A stretch of DNA of 64,000 bases from the IMG/VR virus record IMGVR_UViG_3300036768_001066; one strand, given 5' to 3'. A program made the position numbers and the translations under genes. Source of the stretch: a virus (taxonomy: Duplodnaviria > Heunggongvirae > Uroviricota > Caudoviricetes). The notes beneath the pieces are model-generated. The model was not told the origin of the DNA, did no database searches, and saw only the letters and a program-made list of their open reading frames with translations. Within the stretch, counting starts at the first letter, position 1. Every line of letters begins with the position of its first letter. Below, in pieces: positions 43,100-51,301 of this stretch.

Positions 43100-44755
43100 T
43101 TAGTAGAAATACTTGCTGACTATTTTGTAGTCGGCAAACTGGTTGGCAATATCAGAAAAGTCCTCCTTTACTTTGACCAAGAATGGTATGGTCGTATACA
43201 CCTTGTGACCAGGTTGTACCCTGTAGCACAGGTAATCGTCGAGCGTCATCTCCTCTCCCTTAGTGACTTCGTATATCCTCTGTAGCATGTGCTGACCGCG
43301 TATCAATACGCCGAACACTCCGAAGCAGTTGAGCGAATATACGTTATTGCCTATGTGTCTCGGGTTTGGTAGTCCGTGCCAGTGGCATCCAATGTACAGC
43401 ATTTCCCAGTCTTTGGGAACAGTGGACATTAGCTTCACGAATCTTTTGTTGAAGTCGGGCTGCAGTACAACGTCATCCTCAAACACACATATAGAATTGT
43501 GACCTTTGTCGAGCGCGTCCTTTATGGCATTGCGATGCGAACGCAGACATCCGACGGCACCTTTTATCTTGTCGCCTTGCATATCTCCGTGCCTCATGTG
43601 GTGCGTGCCCTCGATCTTCCATCCGTCCACCGCAAGCCAGCGCGTCACCTTGATGTTGTGCACGTCAAATTGCTGAGAAACCTCGAGCCATCTATCGTGC
43701 CTTCTCTCGAGGTTTATGCAGTACACTTCGTCCACCACATCGTTTAATGGACTTGGAGAAGACCCGAGTCCGAACAGAAGTTCAGGGTAGTTGAAGTACA
43801 TGAAGTCTTCGTATGATAGGAACTGCCTTATGCAGCGCTCATAGTTGTCCCTTATCGCCGGCAGCATCTTCTGGTACATATCAGGCGTCAGGGAGTTAAG
43901 CATCGTCTCGGCCTCGGCCAGGTTGTCTATCTGTATTATGCCGTTCGGATTAAAGAACTGAGCAATGGACGGGCATCCGTAGTATATCGGAACAGTGCCG
44001 GTCATGAAGCAATCTATCAGCTTCTCCGTGAAGTAATAATCCTCCTTCGTGTTCTCTATCGCAAAGGAGAACATGTAATCTTTCAAACCCTCTATCTTAT
44101 CCGGTATGTCGTTGAACCCGCGCCCGTATAAGTCAATCTTAGAGCGCAGGCGTTGCACGATTCTGTGGCGTAGATGATGTCCGCTTGTGAAGTTCTTGTT
44201 TGACGTTATCATCGACACCAGTTTGGTCTTGGGGTGCAGTCCCCAATCCTTCTCCTTTATCCAGCATGACCCGCCCGGAACAAACTTGAACCTGACAGGA
44301 TCGGAGTCGAGCAATGATCGCTTGAACGTAAATACCTTGTTGAACTGCGTTGCATTCTGAGCAAGCCACCCATACTCGTCTGTTGTTATCTCTGGTGACT
44401 CAATCATCCATGCGTACTTAGTCTTGCCGTTAAACATCCCGTGATTCTTGATGCTCGCATCCGTCATGAACACATAGTTGTACGCGTTAACGTTACGATC
44501 CCAGTCGAAATAACGTCTGTCGTCCGGCACGTGCCCGAACAGAGTGTCGGCAAGCGGCACCTTCTTCTTAGTTGCCGGCGGGGTTAGCGGAGCCGGCAAG
44601 CTGCCGACTACCTGCTCTGGCTTGAAATCATCCAAATCCTCCTGGCTGACTGGTGATTGTGGTGTGCTCACTTCTTCTTGTTTTTGTTGCTGGTTCAGTT
44701 TCTTCTGTACAAAATGTACCAACTTGCTTTTGTACTGTTTGCTGAAATATCCCAT
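43100..44755 (-). CDS. bifunctional glycosyltransferase: N-terminal GT10-like (alpha-1,3-fucosyltransferase motifs) + C-terminal GT25 domain
   Basis: FAIENTKEDYYFTEKLIDCFMTGTVPIYYG matches the FucT FxxEN...TEK motifs. C-terminal VYCINLERRHDRW ... GAVGCLRSH ... VFEDDVVL matches GT25 (LPS glycosyltransferase) hallmarks. Confidence 0.65.
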   Translation of the reverse strand: MGYFSKQYKSKLVHFVQKKLNQQQKQEEVSTPQSPVSQEDLDDFKPEQVVGSLPAPLTPPATKKKVPLADTLFGHVPDDRRYFDWDRNVNAYNYVFMTDASIKNHGMFNGKTKYAWMIESPEITTDEYGWLAQNATQFNKVFTFKRSLLDSDPVRFKFVPGGSCWIKEKDWGLHPKTKLVSMITSNKNFTSGHHLRHRIVQRLRSKIDLYGRGFNDIPDKIEGLKDYMFSFAIENTKEDYYFTEKLIDCFMTGTVPIYYGCPSIAQFFNPNGIIQIDNLAEAETMLNSLTPDMYQKMLPAIRDNYERCIRQFLSYEDFMYFNYPELLFGLGSSPSPLNDVVDEVYCINLERRHDRWLEVSQQFDVHNIKVTRWLAVDGWKIEGTHHMRHGDMQGDKIKGAVGCLRSHRNAIKDALDKGHNSICVFEDDVVLQPDFNKRFVKLMSTVPKDWEMLYIGCHWHGLPNPRHIGNNVYSLNCFGVFGVLIRGQHMLQRIYEVTKGEEMTLDDYLCYRVQPGHKVYTTIPFLVKVKEDFSDIANQFADYKIVSKYFY

Positions 44756-44756
44756 G

Positions 44757-45374
44757 TTATTTTAGTTTCCAATTTTCCCAAACAAAATCGTAATTGTATG
44801 TAAGTACGTGTGTCCTTGATAGGCGTGTCCTTATAGCGTCCCTGCGCTGCTGGCACTCCGGATAAAACGTATGGAATTGTACTTGAATATTATCGAGCTT
44901 CAAAAGTTCATCTGTAGTCAGGCAGTCAAGTAGGTCGTATTCGGCGCCCTCTATGTTTATCTTTATCAGGTCCACCTTCTGTATGTTTGCGAGGAACTCG
45001 TGCACCGAGTCTATAGTTATAGGCACCTTCTCGTCGCCCTCCGCGAACATGCCCGATCCATCTGCCGACATCGTTATGGTTGCATCGCTTTTCTCGTGAC
45101 CGAGCGCGGTCTGGTAAACGTGCACCTTTGGGCTGTTGGCGAACATCGCTTTGATGTTCTGGCAGAACGAGGCCACTGGCTCGAACACGTGTATCGTGCA
45201 TCCGTACATGTCGCTGATGGTCTTACCCCATTTGCCCTCGTACCCGCCGAGATCGATGACTACAGAATCCTGCGTTAGCGCATAGTTTACCCTGTGCGTC
45301 TGGTCTCCCCTGTTGTCGAACCACCTTCGTATCTCCGACATGAAGTGGTTGTGTAGCTGTTCTGGTGTCATCAT
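44757..45374 (-). CDS. FkbM-family methyltransferase
   Basis: VVIDLGGYEGKW and DLIKINIEGAEYDLL (FkbM signature). Confidence 0.65.
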   Translation of the reverse strand: MMTPEQLHNHFMSEIRRWFDNRGDQTHRVNYALTQDSVVIDLGGYEGKWGKTISDMYGCTIHVFEPVASFCQNIKAMFANSPKVHVYQTALGHEKSDATITMSADGSGMFAEGDEKVPITIDSVHEFLANIQKVDLIKINIEGAEYDLLDCLTTDELLKLDNIQVQFHTFYPECQQRRDAIRTRLSRTHVLTYNYDFVWENWKLK

Positions 45375-45892
45375 AGTTTTGCGACTAAAATATCATTCGG
45401 TATGTGTCCGTCCTCGTACGAGAATTTGTATCCTTCATTTATTTGTAGGATTTTCTCCTTTATGTCGTTCTCTCCGAACTTGATCTCCGGGTCCTCTACC
45501 TGCCAGCAGCGCATATCGTCCACGAGAATTATGTGGTTCTTGATGCCGTGCCGCTGGATCTGCTCGAACTCCTCTATGAGCGGGCAGTTCTTCTTGCCGT
45601 ACGCAGTCTCACCGGCGGACCAGTGCCCGTCGAGCCAGAACGTTATGGGAGTATCGACATCCTTTATCGCATCGTATAGCACGTCGGCGGAGTCGCCCTG
45701 CACTATCTTGACGTTTGGATTATCCTTGAATCTTGCAACGCAGTGGTTGTAGAATTTCTCGGACAGCTCTATAGATATGACCCTTTTGAACCCGGCGTCA
45801 AGCGCCCCTTGTATACCATCACCCATGTAAGAACCCGTTTCTACGAGGCAGGGATTTAGGTATTTCTTGAATGTATCTTTCTTTATTGGCAT
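45371..45892 (-). CDS. class-I SAM-dependent methyltransferase-like protein
   Basis: Motif I LVETGSYMGDG. Acidic motif ILVDD. Start set at internal ATG 45892 to avoid overlap with the upstream gene. Confidence 0.5.
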   Translation of the reverse strand: MPIKKDTFKKYLNPCLVETGSYMGDGIQGALDAGFKRVISIELSEKFYNHCVARFKDNPNVKIVQGDSADVLYDAIKDVDTPITFWLDGHWSAGETAYGKKNCPLIEEFEQIQRHGIKNHIILVDDMRCWQVEDPEIKFGENDIKEKILQINEGYKFSYEDGHIPNDILVAKL

Positions 45893-45906
45893 AGTATATT
45901 TATTCT

Positions 45907-46650
45907 TTATATTTTTGACCAGTTCTCTGGCAACAAGTCCTTTGTATCGAGGTTGTCGTACGCAGGTCCGAACCATTTGCCAGGCGCTATAACTCGTTTG
46001 TTGGGGTTTTTATTAAGGTACGCGCCCCACCAGCTGAAGCTCGAGTTTGCTATGACGTTGTGCTTGCACTTGGACATCAACATCAGGTCGTATACGTCCG
46101 GGTGCTGCTCGTCTACAAAAACAAACTTATTACCTACAAAATTCTCCCTACACCAGTTTATATCGTCAGAGAATATGACAAACGTACAATCACCCATCAC
46201 CTCCATAGCCCTGGTGTAATATGCCATGGGCATGACCGGATGGTGTTGCGACAGATTCACATAGTCCGTCCTCCTTATATGCAAAGAACAGGTATTGTCT
46301 CCGAACGATGCCGCGAGCGCGTCTATTTTTTCGGCGTGCTCTGGCTTTAGCTCGAAGTACCCGAGAGCCTCCTCTTTGTACTTGTCGAAGTACCGCCATG
46401 ACTGCAGGTATCCTACAATATCAAAGATGCCCTCGCCGACCTTTATCTCGCCGTAATGAAACCCTACCTCGTCCACCTTCGTAGCCGGCACTATTCCGGC
46501 AGGGAGCTCTTTTTTCATGTAGTGTGAGTACTTCCACTCTGGGAATATGTATTCGTGTCCGTTGGCGCGAGCTATTCCAATAACGGATGCTATCTGGAAC
46601 ATCTGGTTGCCGAGGCGGCCGTATTTGCCGAGATTGCTGAATGTTATCAT
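45907..46650 (-). CDS. alpha-1,2-fucosyltransferase (GT11 family)
   Basis: Canonical GT11 motif I GRLGNQMFQIAS at the N-terminus. HIRRTDY motif. C-terminal SSFSWWGAYL motif. Confidence 0.8.
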   Translation of the reverse strand: MITFSNLGKYGRLGNQMFQIASVIGIARANGHEYIFPEWKYSHYMKKELPAGIVPATKVDEVGFHYGEIKVGEGIFDIVGYLQSWRYFDKYKEEALGYFELKPEHAEKIDALAASFGDNTCSLHIRRTDYVNLSQHHPVMPMAYYTRAMEVMGDCTFVIFSDDINWCRENFVGNKFVFVDEQHPDVYDLMLMSKCKHNVIANSSFSWWGAYLNKNPNKRVIAPGKWFGPAYDNLDTKDLLPENWSKI

Positions 46651-47552
46651 AGACCTCTAATGTATTTCTTAGTTTTATCGTCAAGCTCTCCAGTTATGTC
46701 CATGCCGTTATCCGATTGCCACTGTATTATGGCCGCTCTTGTCTGTTCGTCGTATACACCAGTGCAGGACACGTTCATGCCGAGATGTATCATTCGGTTT
46801 TGCATTATTATTATATCGGTGTTACAGTCTCCGAACTTTGGGATGTATTCTGAAGGTTGTTCGTACGGGTAGAACTTGTAGTACGAATTGTTTATTATGC
46901 CGTCATCGTCCGGGTAGAAGTGGAAGTAGTCCCACGCGTATAATTTTTTAATTCGTTCAACCTGCTCCGGGAATGGGACGTACGAGTCCTTGTCAGATAT
47001 GTTCTCCCTGAAGTCCGGAACGTTTGTGCCGAGGATCTGGTTTATTCGTGGTATGACAGGGCCGTCTTCTATCCGCAGTATGTGGTTGAACCGGTCCCTT
47101 ATCGGTCCTTTGTGGCAGTTGTGGTTGTCCGGAAACAGGCACTGCAGATTTAGATGGTGCTCTATATTGGAGTCCATGTCCCGTTCTTCCAGAAACCTCA
47201 GCAGGTCCTCCATCCGCTCAATCTTGTGTTTGTTCAGGTTTGTCACACCGAGCACTTCAAGAACAGAATGGTTCAAAACCGACACAAGTCTGTCCACTGG
47301 GTTGCGGGTCACGAGGATGCTTACGTAGTCCTTTAAATTTTCGTCGTTGGATATTTTGAACGGGATTTCTATGTAGGGTACGACCATGTGCACCCTGTTG
47401 GAGGGCAGAGAAACCCCGTTGCCGTTTATCAATGCCACGTGCGAGTAGGTATCGCGGTCGACGAAGTAGAACCAGTTTTTGAGAGACGTGCAGGCGCACC
47501 TCGCGTTCCAGTACAGTATGAATTTTCTATTGCCGTTTATCAGTGGATACAT
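46647..47552 (-). CDS. sulfotransferase-like domain fused to a C-terminal peptidoglycan-binding (PG_binding_1-like) domain
   Basis: ILVTRNPVDRLVS matches the sulfotransferase 3'-phosphate-binding motif (RxPxxRxxS). C-terminus TGVYDEQTRAAIIQWQSDNGMDITGELDDKTKKYI matches the PG-binding helix repeats. Start at ATG 47552 overlapping the upstream stop (TAATG). Confidence 0.5.
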   Translation of the reverse strand: MYPLINGNRKFILYWNARCACTSLKNWFYFVDRDTYSHVALINGNGVSLPSNRVHMVVPYIEIPFKISNDENLKDYVSILVTRNPVDRLVSVLNHSVLEVLGVTNLNKHKIERMEDLLRFLEERDMDSNIEHHLNLQCLFPDNHNCHKGPIRDRFNHILRIEDGPVIPRINQILGTNVPDFRENISDKDSYVPFPEQVERIKKLYAWDYFHFYPDDDGIINNSYYKFYPYEQPSEYIPKFGDCNTDIIIMQNRMIHLGMNVSCTGVYDEQTRAAIIQWQSDNGMDITGELDDKTKKYIRGL

Positions 47553-48172
47553 TATTGTCCTGGAGGTTTCATTAGTCTGGTGTAGTCCATATATGCGTTC
47601 TGTATGTCGCTGTGCCCCGGCTTCTGCCACGCTATGCTCGGATTGAACACGTAGCAGTTGTGTGTTTTCTGAAAATCGGTATACGTGACGTCTATCTGGG
47701 ATTTGAACTTCTCCACCTCTGCTATCACCTCGGCCGCCATCTTCTTGGTTATGCCGTAGTGGCTCGTCGTGTACGTCCTAACTATCTTGGACACATTTTG
47801 CGTCACCGGTATCGGGTGGGCTATGTGGTTGCCCCCGAGATACAGCATGTCCCAATCGGCAGGCACCTGACCGATCCATTGGTGGAACTGGGCCGGCGCG
47901 TGCACGGAGAACTCTATGTCGTCCTCGAGGATCAGAATCCTCTCCCATCCCTCGTGCAGCATTCTCTTTAGAATGGTGGTGTGACTTAGCGAACACCCGA
48001 CTTCGCCAGGCGTTATTGCACAGTTTGGCGGCAATGCAATGGTGCTTCCGTCGACTGCGGAGAACCGTACGACGTCGATGCCGGCCTGCTCGAATTCCTT
48101 CAGGCACAGTTCCCATTTGTCAGTACGCTTATCAAGGTTGACGCAGAATATCTTGTCGAAGTACTTATTCAT
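47552..48172 (-). CDS. GT25-family glycosyltransferase
   Basis: IFCVNLDKRTDKW ... EVGCSLSHTTIL ... ILEDDIEF, typical of the GT25 family. Confidence 0.7.
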   Translation of the reverse strand: MNKYFDKIFCVNLDKRTDKWELCLKEFEQAGIDVVRFSAVDGSTIALPPNCAITPGEVGCSLSHTTILKRMLHEGWERILILEDDIEFSVHAPAQFHQWIGQVPADWDMLYLGGNHIAHPIPVTQNVSKIVRTYTTSHYGITKKMAAEVIAEVEKFKSQIDVTYTDFQKTHNCYVFNPSIAWQKPGHSDIQNAYMDYTRLMKPPGQ

Positions 48173-48482
48173 CTTTGTCTTTTATTCTTTTTATCAGATC
48201 CACCATTTTATTGACCGTATCAAAGTTCTCCGGTATCGCGAGAGCGTCCGGCACCTGTATGTCGAACTCATTCTCTATGAACACCAGCACGACCACCATC
48301 GAAAACGAGTCGATGTATCCGCCGTTTATCAGTGACGTATCATAATTGACATCGAACAAATCGTTGCACGTACACTTCTCAAATGGAGCATAGCAGTACG
48401 AGTAGTGGTGCCTCCTGTTTTCGCTGCGGTCTTGACTACCGAATTCTTTCTTTATGTAGTTAAGGATTATATCCTTCATCAC
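48165..48482 (-). CDS. acyl/aminoacyl carrier protein-like (ACP/DltC-like)
   Basis: GGYIDSFSMVVVLVFIENEFDIQVPD resembles the ACP helix-II motif with a DSxS phosphopantetheine site. Four-helix-length C-terminal 70 aa. N-terminal 35-aa extension is atypical. Confidence 0.45.
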   Translation of the reverse strand: MMKDIILNYIKKEFGSQDRSENRRHHYSYCYAPFEKCTCNDLFDVNYDTSLINGGYIDSFSMVVVLVFIENEFDIQVPDALAIPENFDTVNKMVDLIKRIKDKDE

Positions 48483-49063
48483 ACTATATTATTTTTTACG
48501 AACTCCCTTATGTACACAGGGTCTTGTATGTGTATCATGTTGTCGCTAAGTTCCTTCTGAAGGAACCCGTATTTGTCCGCATAATCATTGTAAACATCCA
48601 CAAATAAGAAATCGTTGGCGCCACACAGTTCTTTGTACCTTTCGTTCATGTACCTTATGTACTCTGCGCGCTCCGCATCTTCCCCATAAAATGGGAAATC
48701 CACGTTCTCTTTAGCATCCGCCTTCCTGAGGGTCGGAGGGATGTTGTACACCATGACCTTCACCCCTGGCATCTTTTCGATGTTGGCATTTATGGCCTCG
48801 AAGTAATTTTTTGCGATACTGTCCATCAGCATCCTGCTGCTCGACCTGAATTTGCCTATGTGGCACCTGCAGTCTATCTCTCCGAACGAGAAGCATACGT
48901 AATCGCCGGGCGCCACATTGAACCTCGGCTCGGATATATCCAGTATCTCCAATTTCTTACGGCCGAAACTCTGCGCCGTTATCGGTCCTATCCTGTTTGT
49001 AGAAACCCCCTCGATCTGGTCCCAGGCGAACCAAGCGTGACTATCTCCGAACGTATGAATCAT
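48479..49063 (-). CDS. SGNH/GDSL-family hydrolase or acyltransferase
   Basis: Block I IHTFGDSHAW (GDS-H) at the N-terminus. About 190 aa, typical of single-domain SGNH proteins. Immediately downstream of the carrier-protein gene. Confidence 0.5.
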   Translation of the reverse strand: MIHTFGDSHAWFAWDQIEGVSTNRIGPITAQSFGRKKLEILDISEPRFNVAPGDYVCFSFGEIDCRCHIGKFRSSSRMLMDSIAKNYFEAINANIEKMPGVKVMVYNIPPTLRKADAKENVDFPFYGEDAERAEYIRYMNERYKELCGANDFLFVDVYNDYADKYGFLQKELSDNMIHIQDPVYIREFVKNNIV

Positions 49064-49997
49064 TAGTTACCAGGTTTTTAATTTTGTCCGCCATGTGGTT
49101 CCACGTATAGTTGCGGTGAACCAGTTCGCAACCTGCCTGCGATATTCTTATCCTCTCGTCCTTGTTCCTCTCGTCAAGGTAGTATTCTATAAGTTCATCG
49201 AGTTCATCCAAATCGTGCCATACTCTTATATTGATCTTGTCTTCAAAATCGAGTTCTATGCCGGGGTACCACTTAGACAAGCACAGTGCCCCGCTGCCCA
49301 TTAGGCGTAGCATGCGGTCTGATGTGTACCTGAGCGCGTCGAAGTGTGACACGTTTATGGCCACCTTAGAGCTCCTGTAGCACTCGGCCTCCTTGGCCTC
49401 CCTGTACATGAAGTTACGCATGTCGTTACCCCACCCGAATCCGTACACTCCGAAATTTGTACCGTACTTGGACGACAGCGTGTTGACCATCTTGATTCTA
49501 TAGTCTGCCAGGGGGAAATCGTAGTCTTCCTTTGGGTAGTTGTTGCCCATGAAAACTATCTGTGGGTATTCTCCCACGCCACCGTCTGGCCTGAATATAT
49601 CATCGTTGAATCCGCTCTGGATGAACTCGGCGTTCATGCCGAGGGCGCGCATGAACATAACATCCTCATCGTTGGTGAACGCGGTTACGTCCACGGACCT
49701 CCCACAATCAATCATCCACTGAGGCGTAAGTTTTCGAAAGTCCCAGGTCCAGTTCACCTTAAACCCCGGTAGCTTGGCGAGCACCTCCGGCGTGTAGACA
49801 CCCGGTGATTGCACGTGCAGGAATATCAGGTCTGGTTTGAACCGCTCGGCCGTCTCTAACGTCTTCGCGTGAAGAGCCGCCGTGTTGTTGGGCACGGAGG
49901 TCCACAGAGTCCAGTCGAGGAACAGGTATTCGCTCGATGCGTCCGATAACGCCTTGCAGAGTGCGGGTACGGTAAATCCTATGTGCAGGGTCCTCAT
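49041..49997 (-). CDS. glycosyltransferase (CgeB/GT4-like C-terminal domain)
   Basis: About 320 aa. C-terminal half with ...VAINVSHFDALRYTSDRMLRLMGSGALCL... resembles CgeB-type GT-B domains. First gene of the minus-strand glycan block. Confidence 0.5.
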   Translation of the reverse strand: MRTLHIGFTVPALCKALSDASSEYLFLDWTLWTSVPNNTAALHAKTLETAERFKPDLIFLHVQSPGVYTPEVLAKLPGFKVNWTWDFRKLTPQWMIDCGRSVDVTAFTNDEDVMFMRALGMNAEFIQSGFNDDIFRPDGGVGEYPQIVFMGNNYPKEDYDFPLADYRIKMVNTLSSKYGTNFGVYGFGWGNDMRNFMYREAKEAECYRSSKVAINVSHFDALRYTSDRMLRLMGSGALCLSKWYPGIELDFEDKINIRVWHDLDELDELIEYYLDERNKDERIRISQAGCELVHRNYTWNHMADKIKNLVTNDSYVRR

Positions 49998-50004
49998 CTA
50001 TCTA

Positions 50005-50086
50005 TAAGTTATGGCTTTTATTATATACTGCTCACCAAATAAGTTACGGCTTTTATTATATACTGCTCACCAAACATTAAGTTTTA
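50005..50086. repeat. 35-bp tandem direct repeat (2.3 copies) in a divergent intergenic region
   Basis: TAAGTTA[T/C]GGCTTTTATTATATACTGCTCACCAAA at 50005-50039 and 50040-50074, then a partial CATTAAGTTTTA. It lies between the divergently oriented gene blocks, with starts at 49997 (minus) and 50138 (plus). Confidence 0.75.
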
Positions 50087-50114
50087 CAGCCGGCGCAACA
50101 AAGTTTCAAGGACA

Positions 50115-50122
50115 TGTATAAT
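50115..50122 (+). promoter_or_regulatory. extended -10-like box TGTATAAT upstream of the guanylate kinase gene
   Basis: TGTATAAT lies 16 nt upstream of ATG 50138. Sequence-only call. Confidence 0.3.
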
Positions 50123-50137
50123 ATCAAAAGCATTTAG

Positions 50138-50719
50138 ATGAAAAGGGTAATACTCATCGGTCCGGGCGCATCCGGCAAGGATTTTTTGAAACACGAGCTC
50201 GAACGGAAGGGGTTCAAGTGCTCCGTATCGTTCACGACGAGGCCGCCGAGGCCTGGCGAGGTGGAGGGCGTAAACTATTACTACATATCCGAGGAGCAGT
50301 TTCTGGGGATGATAAATAACGATGAGTTCCGTGAGTGGAACAAGTTCGCCGATAAGTGGTATTACGGCACGCCAAAGAAGCACTTCGACGGCGCCAACCT
50401 GTTCATAATGACCCCGTCGGGGATCAAGGCGTTGACCGACGAGGAGCGCTCGGAATCGTTGGTTATATACATCGACGCGCCCGAGGATGTGCGCAGACAG
50501 AGACTTGCATCAAGGAAGGACGCTGACGACCCGGAAAGGCGTCTTGCTACCGACCGTGCTGATTTTGCCGGGTTCAAGGATTTCGATTGGCACATAACGG
50601 ACCCCGAGTTCAGCGCGGACGAGATGTACGAGAAGATAGAGTCGCACAGACGCTGGTCCATGCTCGCCGACAAAGATCCAAAGGCCGGCAGCACAGTACT
50701 CACAAGACCTCGAAAATAG
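50138..50719 (+). CDS. gmk: guanylate kinase
   Basis: P-loop ILIGPGASGKDFL. Signature SVSFTTRPPRPGEVEGVNYYYIS (TTRxxRxxExxGxxYxF). Confidence 0.75.
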   Translation: MKRVILIGPGASGKDFLKHELERKGFKCSVSFTTRPPRPGEVEGVNYYYISEEQFLGMINNDEFREWNKFADKWYYGTPKKHFDGANLFIMTPSGIKALTDEERSESLVIYIDAPEDVRRQRLASRKDADDPERRLATDRADFAGFKDFDWHITDPEFSADEMYEKIESHRRWSMLADKDPKAGSTVLTRPRK

Positions 50720-50734
50720 TCTTAAACGGATAAG

Positions 50735-51301
50735 ATGAAATGGTTAAGGAATTTATTAAAAAAAGATACAAATAAGATGACGCCAGAACAATTACAATCT
50801 CTGCGCGAAACCTTATCGGCGGTGCCTCTTTACCAGTGGGTGAAGACGGAGCGCGCGGGTACGGTTTGCCGATTCCAGGATGTTATGGAGGATGATGGTC
50901 TTCTGTTCGTAGGGTTCGACGATGGCAGCAGGGTAAACTACAATCTGCTCGAGGAGATGCTCGTGAAGCTCAATTCGGAGCAAGAAGCCATGCAACTGGG
51001 AGGAGACCCAATATCTCTTGACCAGCCGTTGAACACAATAGGAAAAGCAACCATACGCAACGCGTCGGTCGCTACTGTAAAGGATAGTCCCATACACAGC
51101 CTGCTTAAGAAGCAAAAGCCAAACAGGGTGGGCGTTGACATATCGCTCGACCTCAATATGCCGCCCAAGGAGCTCTACAAGGTTTTGGAGAACTCTTTTG
51201 AGAACGCGCAGGAGGAGATAGTTGAGTACATCGTGGCCGATATAAATATAGAAAATATCCGTGCTGCGGTCAAGGACGCGATAAAAAAATTCTACGAATA
51301 A
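50735..51301 (+). CDS. hypothetical protein (188 aa)
   Basis: ORF. No motif recognised. Confidence 0.45.
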   Translation: MKWLRNLLKKDTNKMTPEQLQSLRETLSAVPLYQWVKTERAGTVCRFQDVMEDDGLLFVGFDDGSRVNYNLLEEMLVKLNSEQEAMQLGGDPISLDQPLNTIGKATIRNASVATVKDSPIHSLLKKQKPNRVGVDISLDLNMPPKELYKVLENSFENAQEEIVEYIVADINIENIRAAVKDAIKKFYE

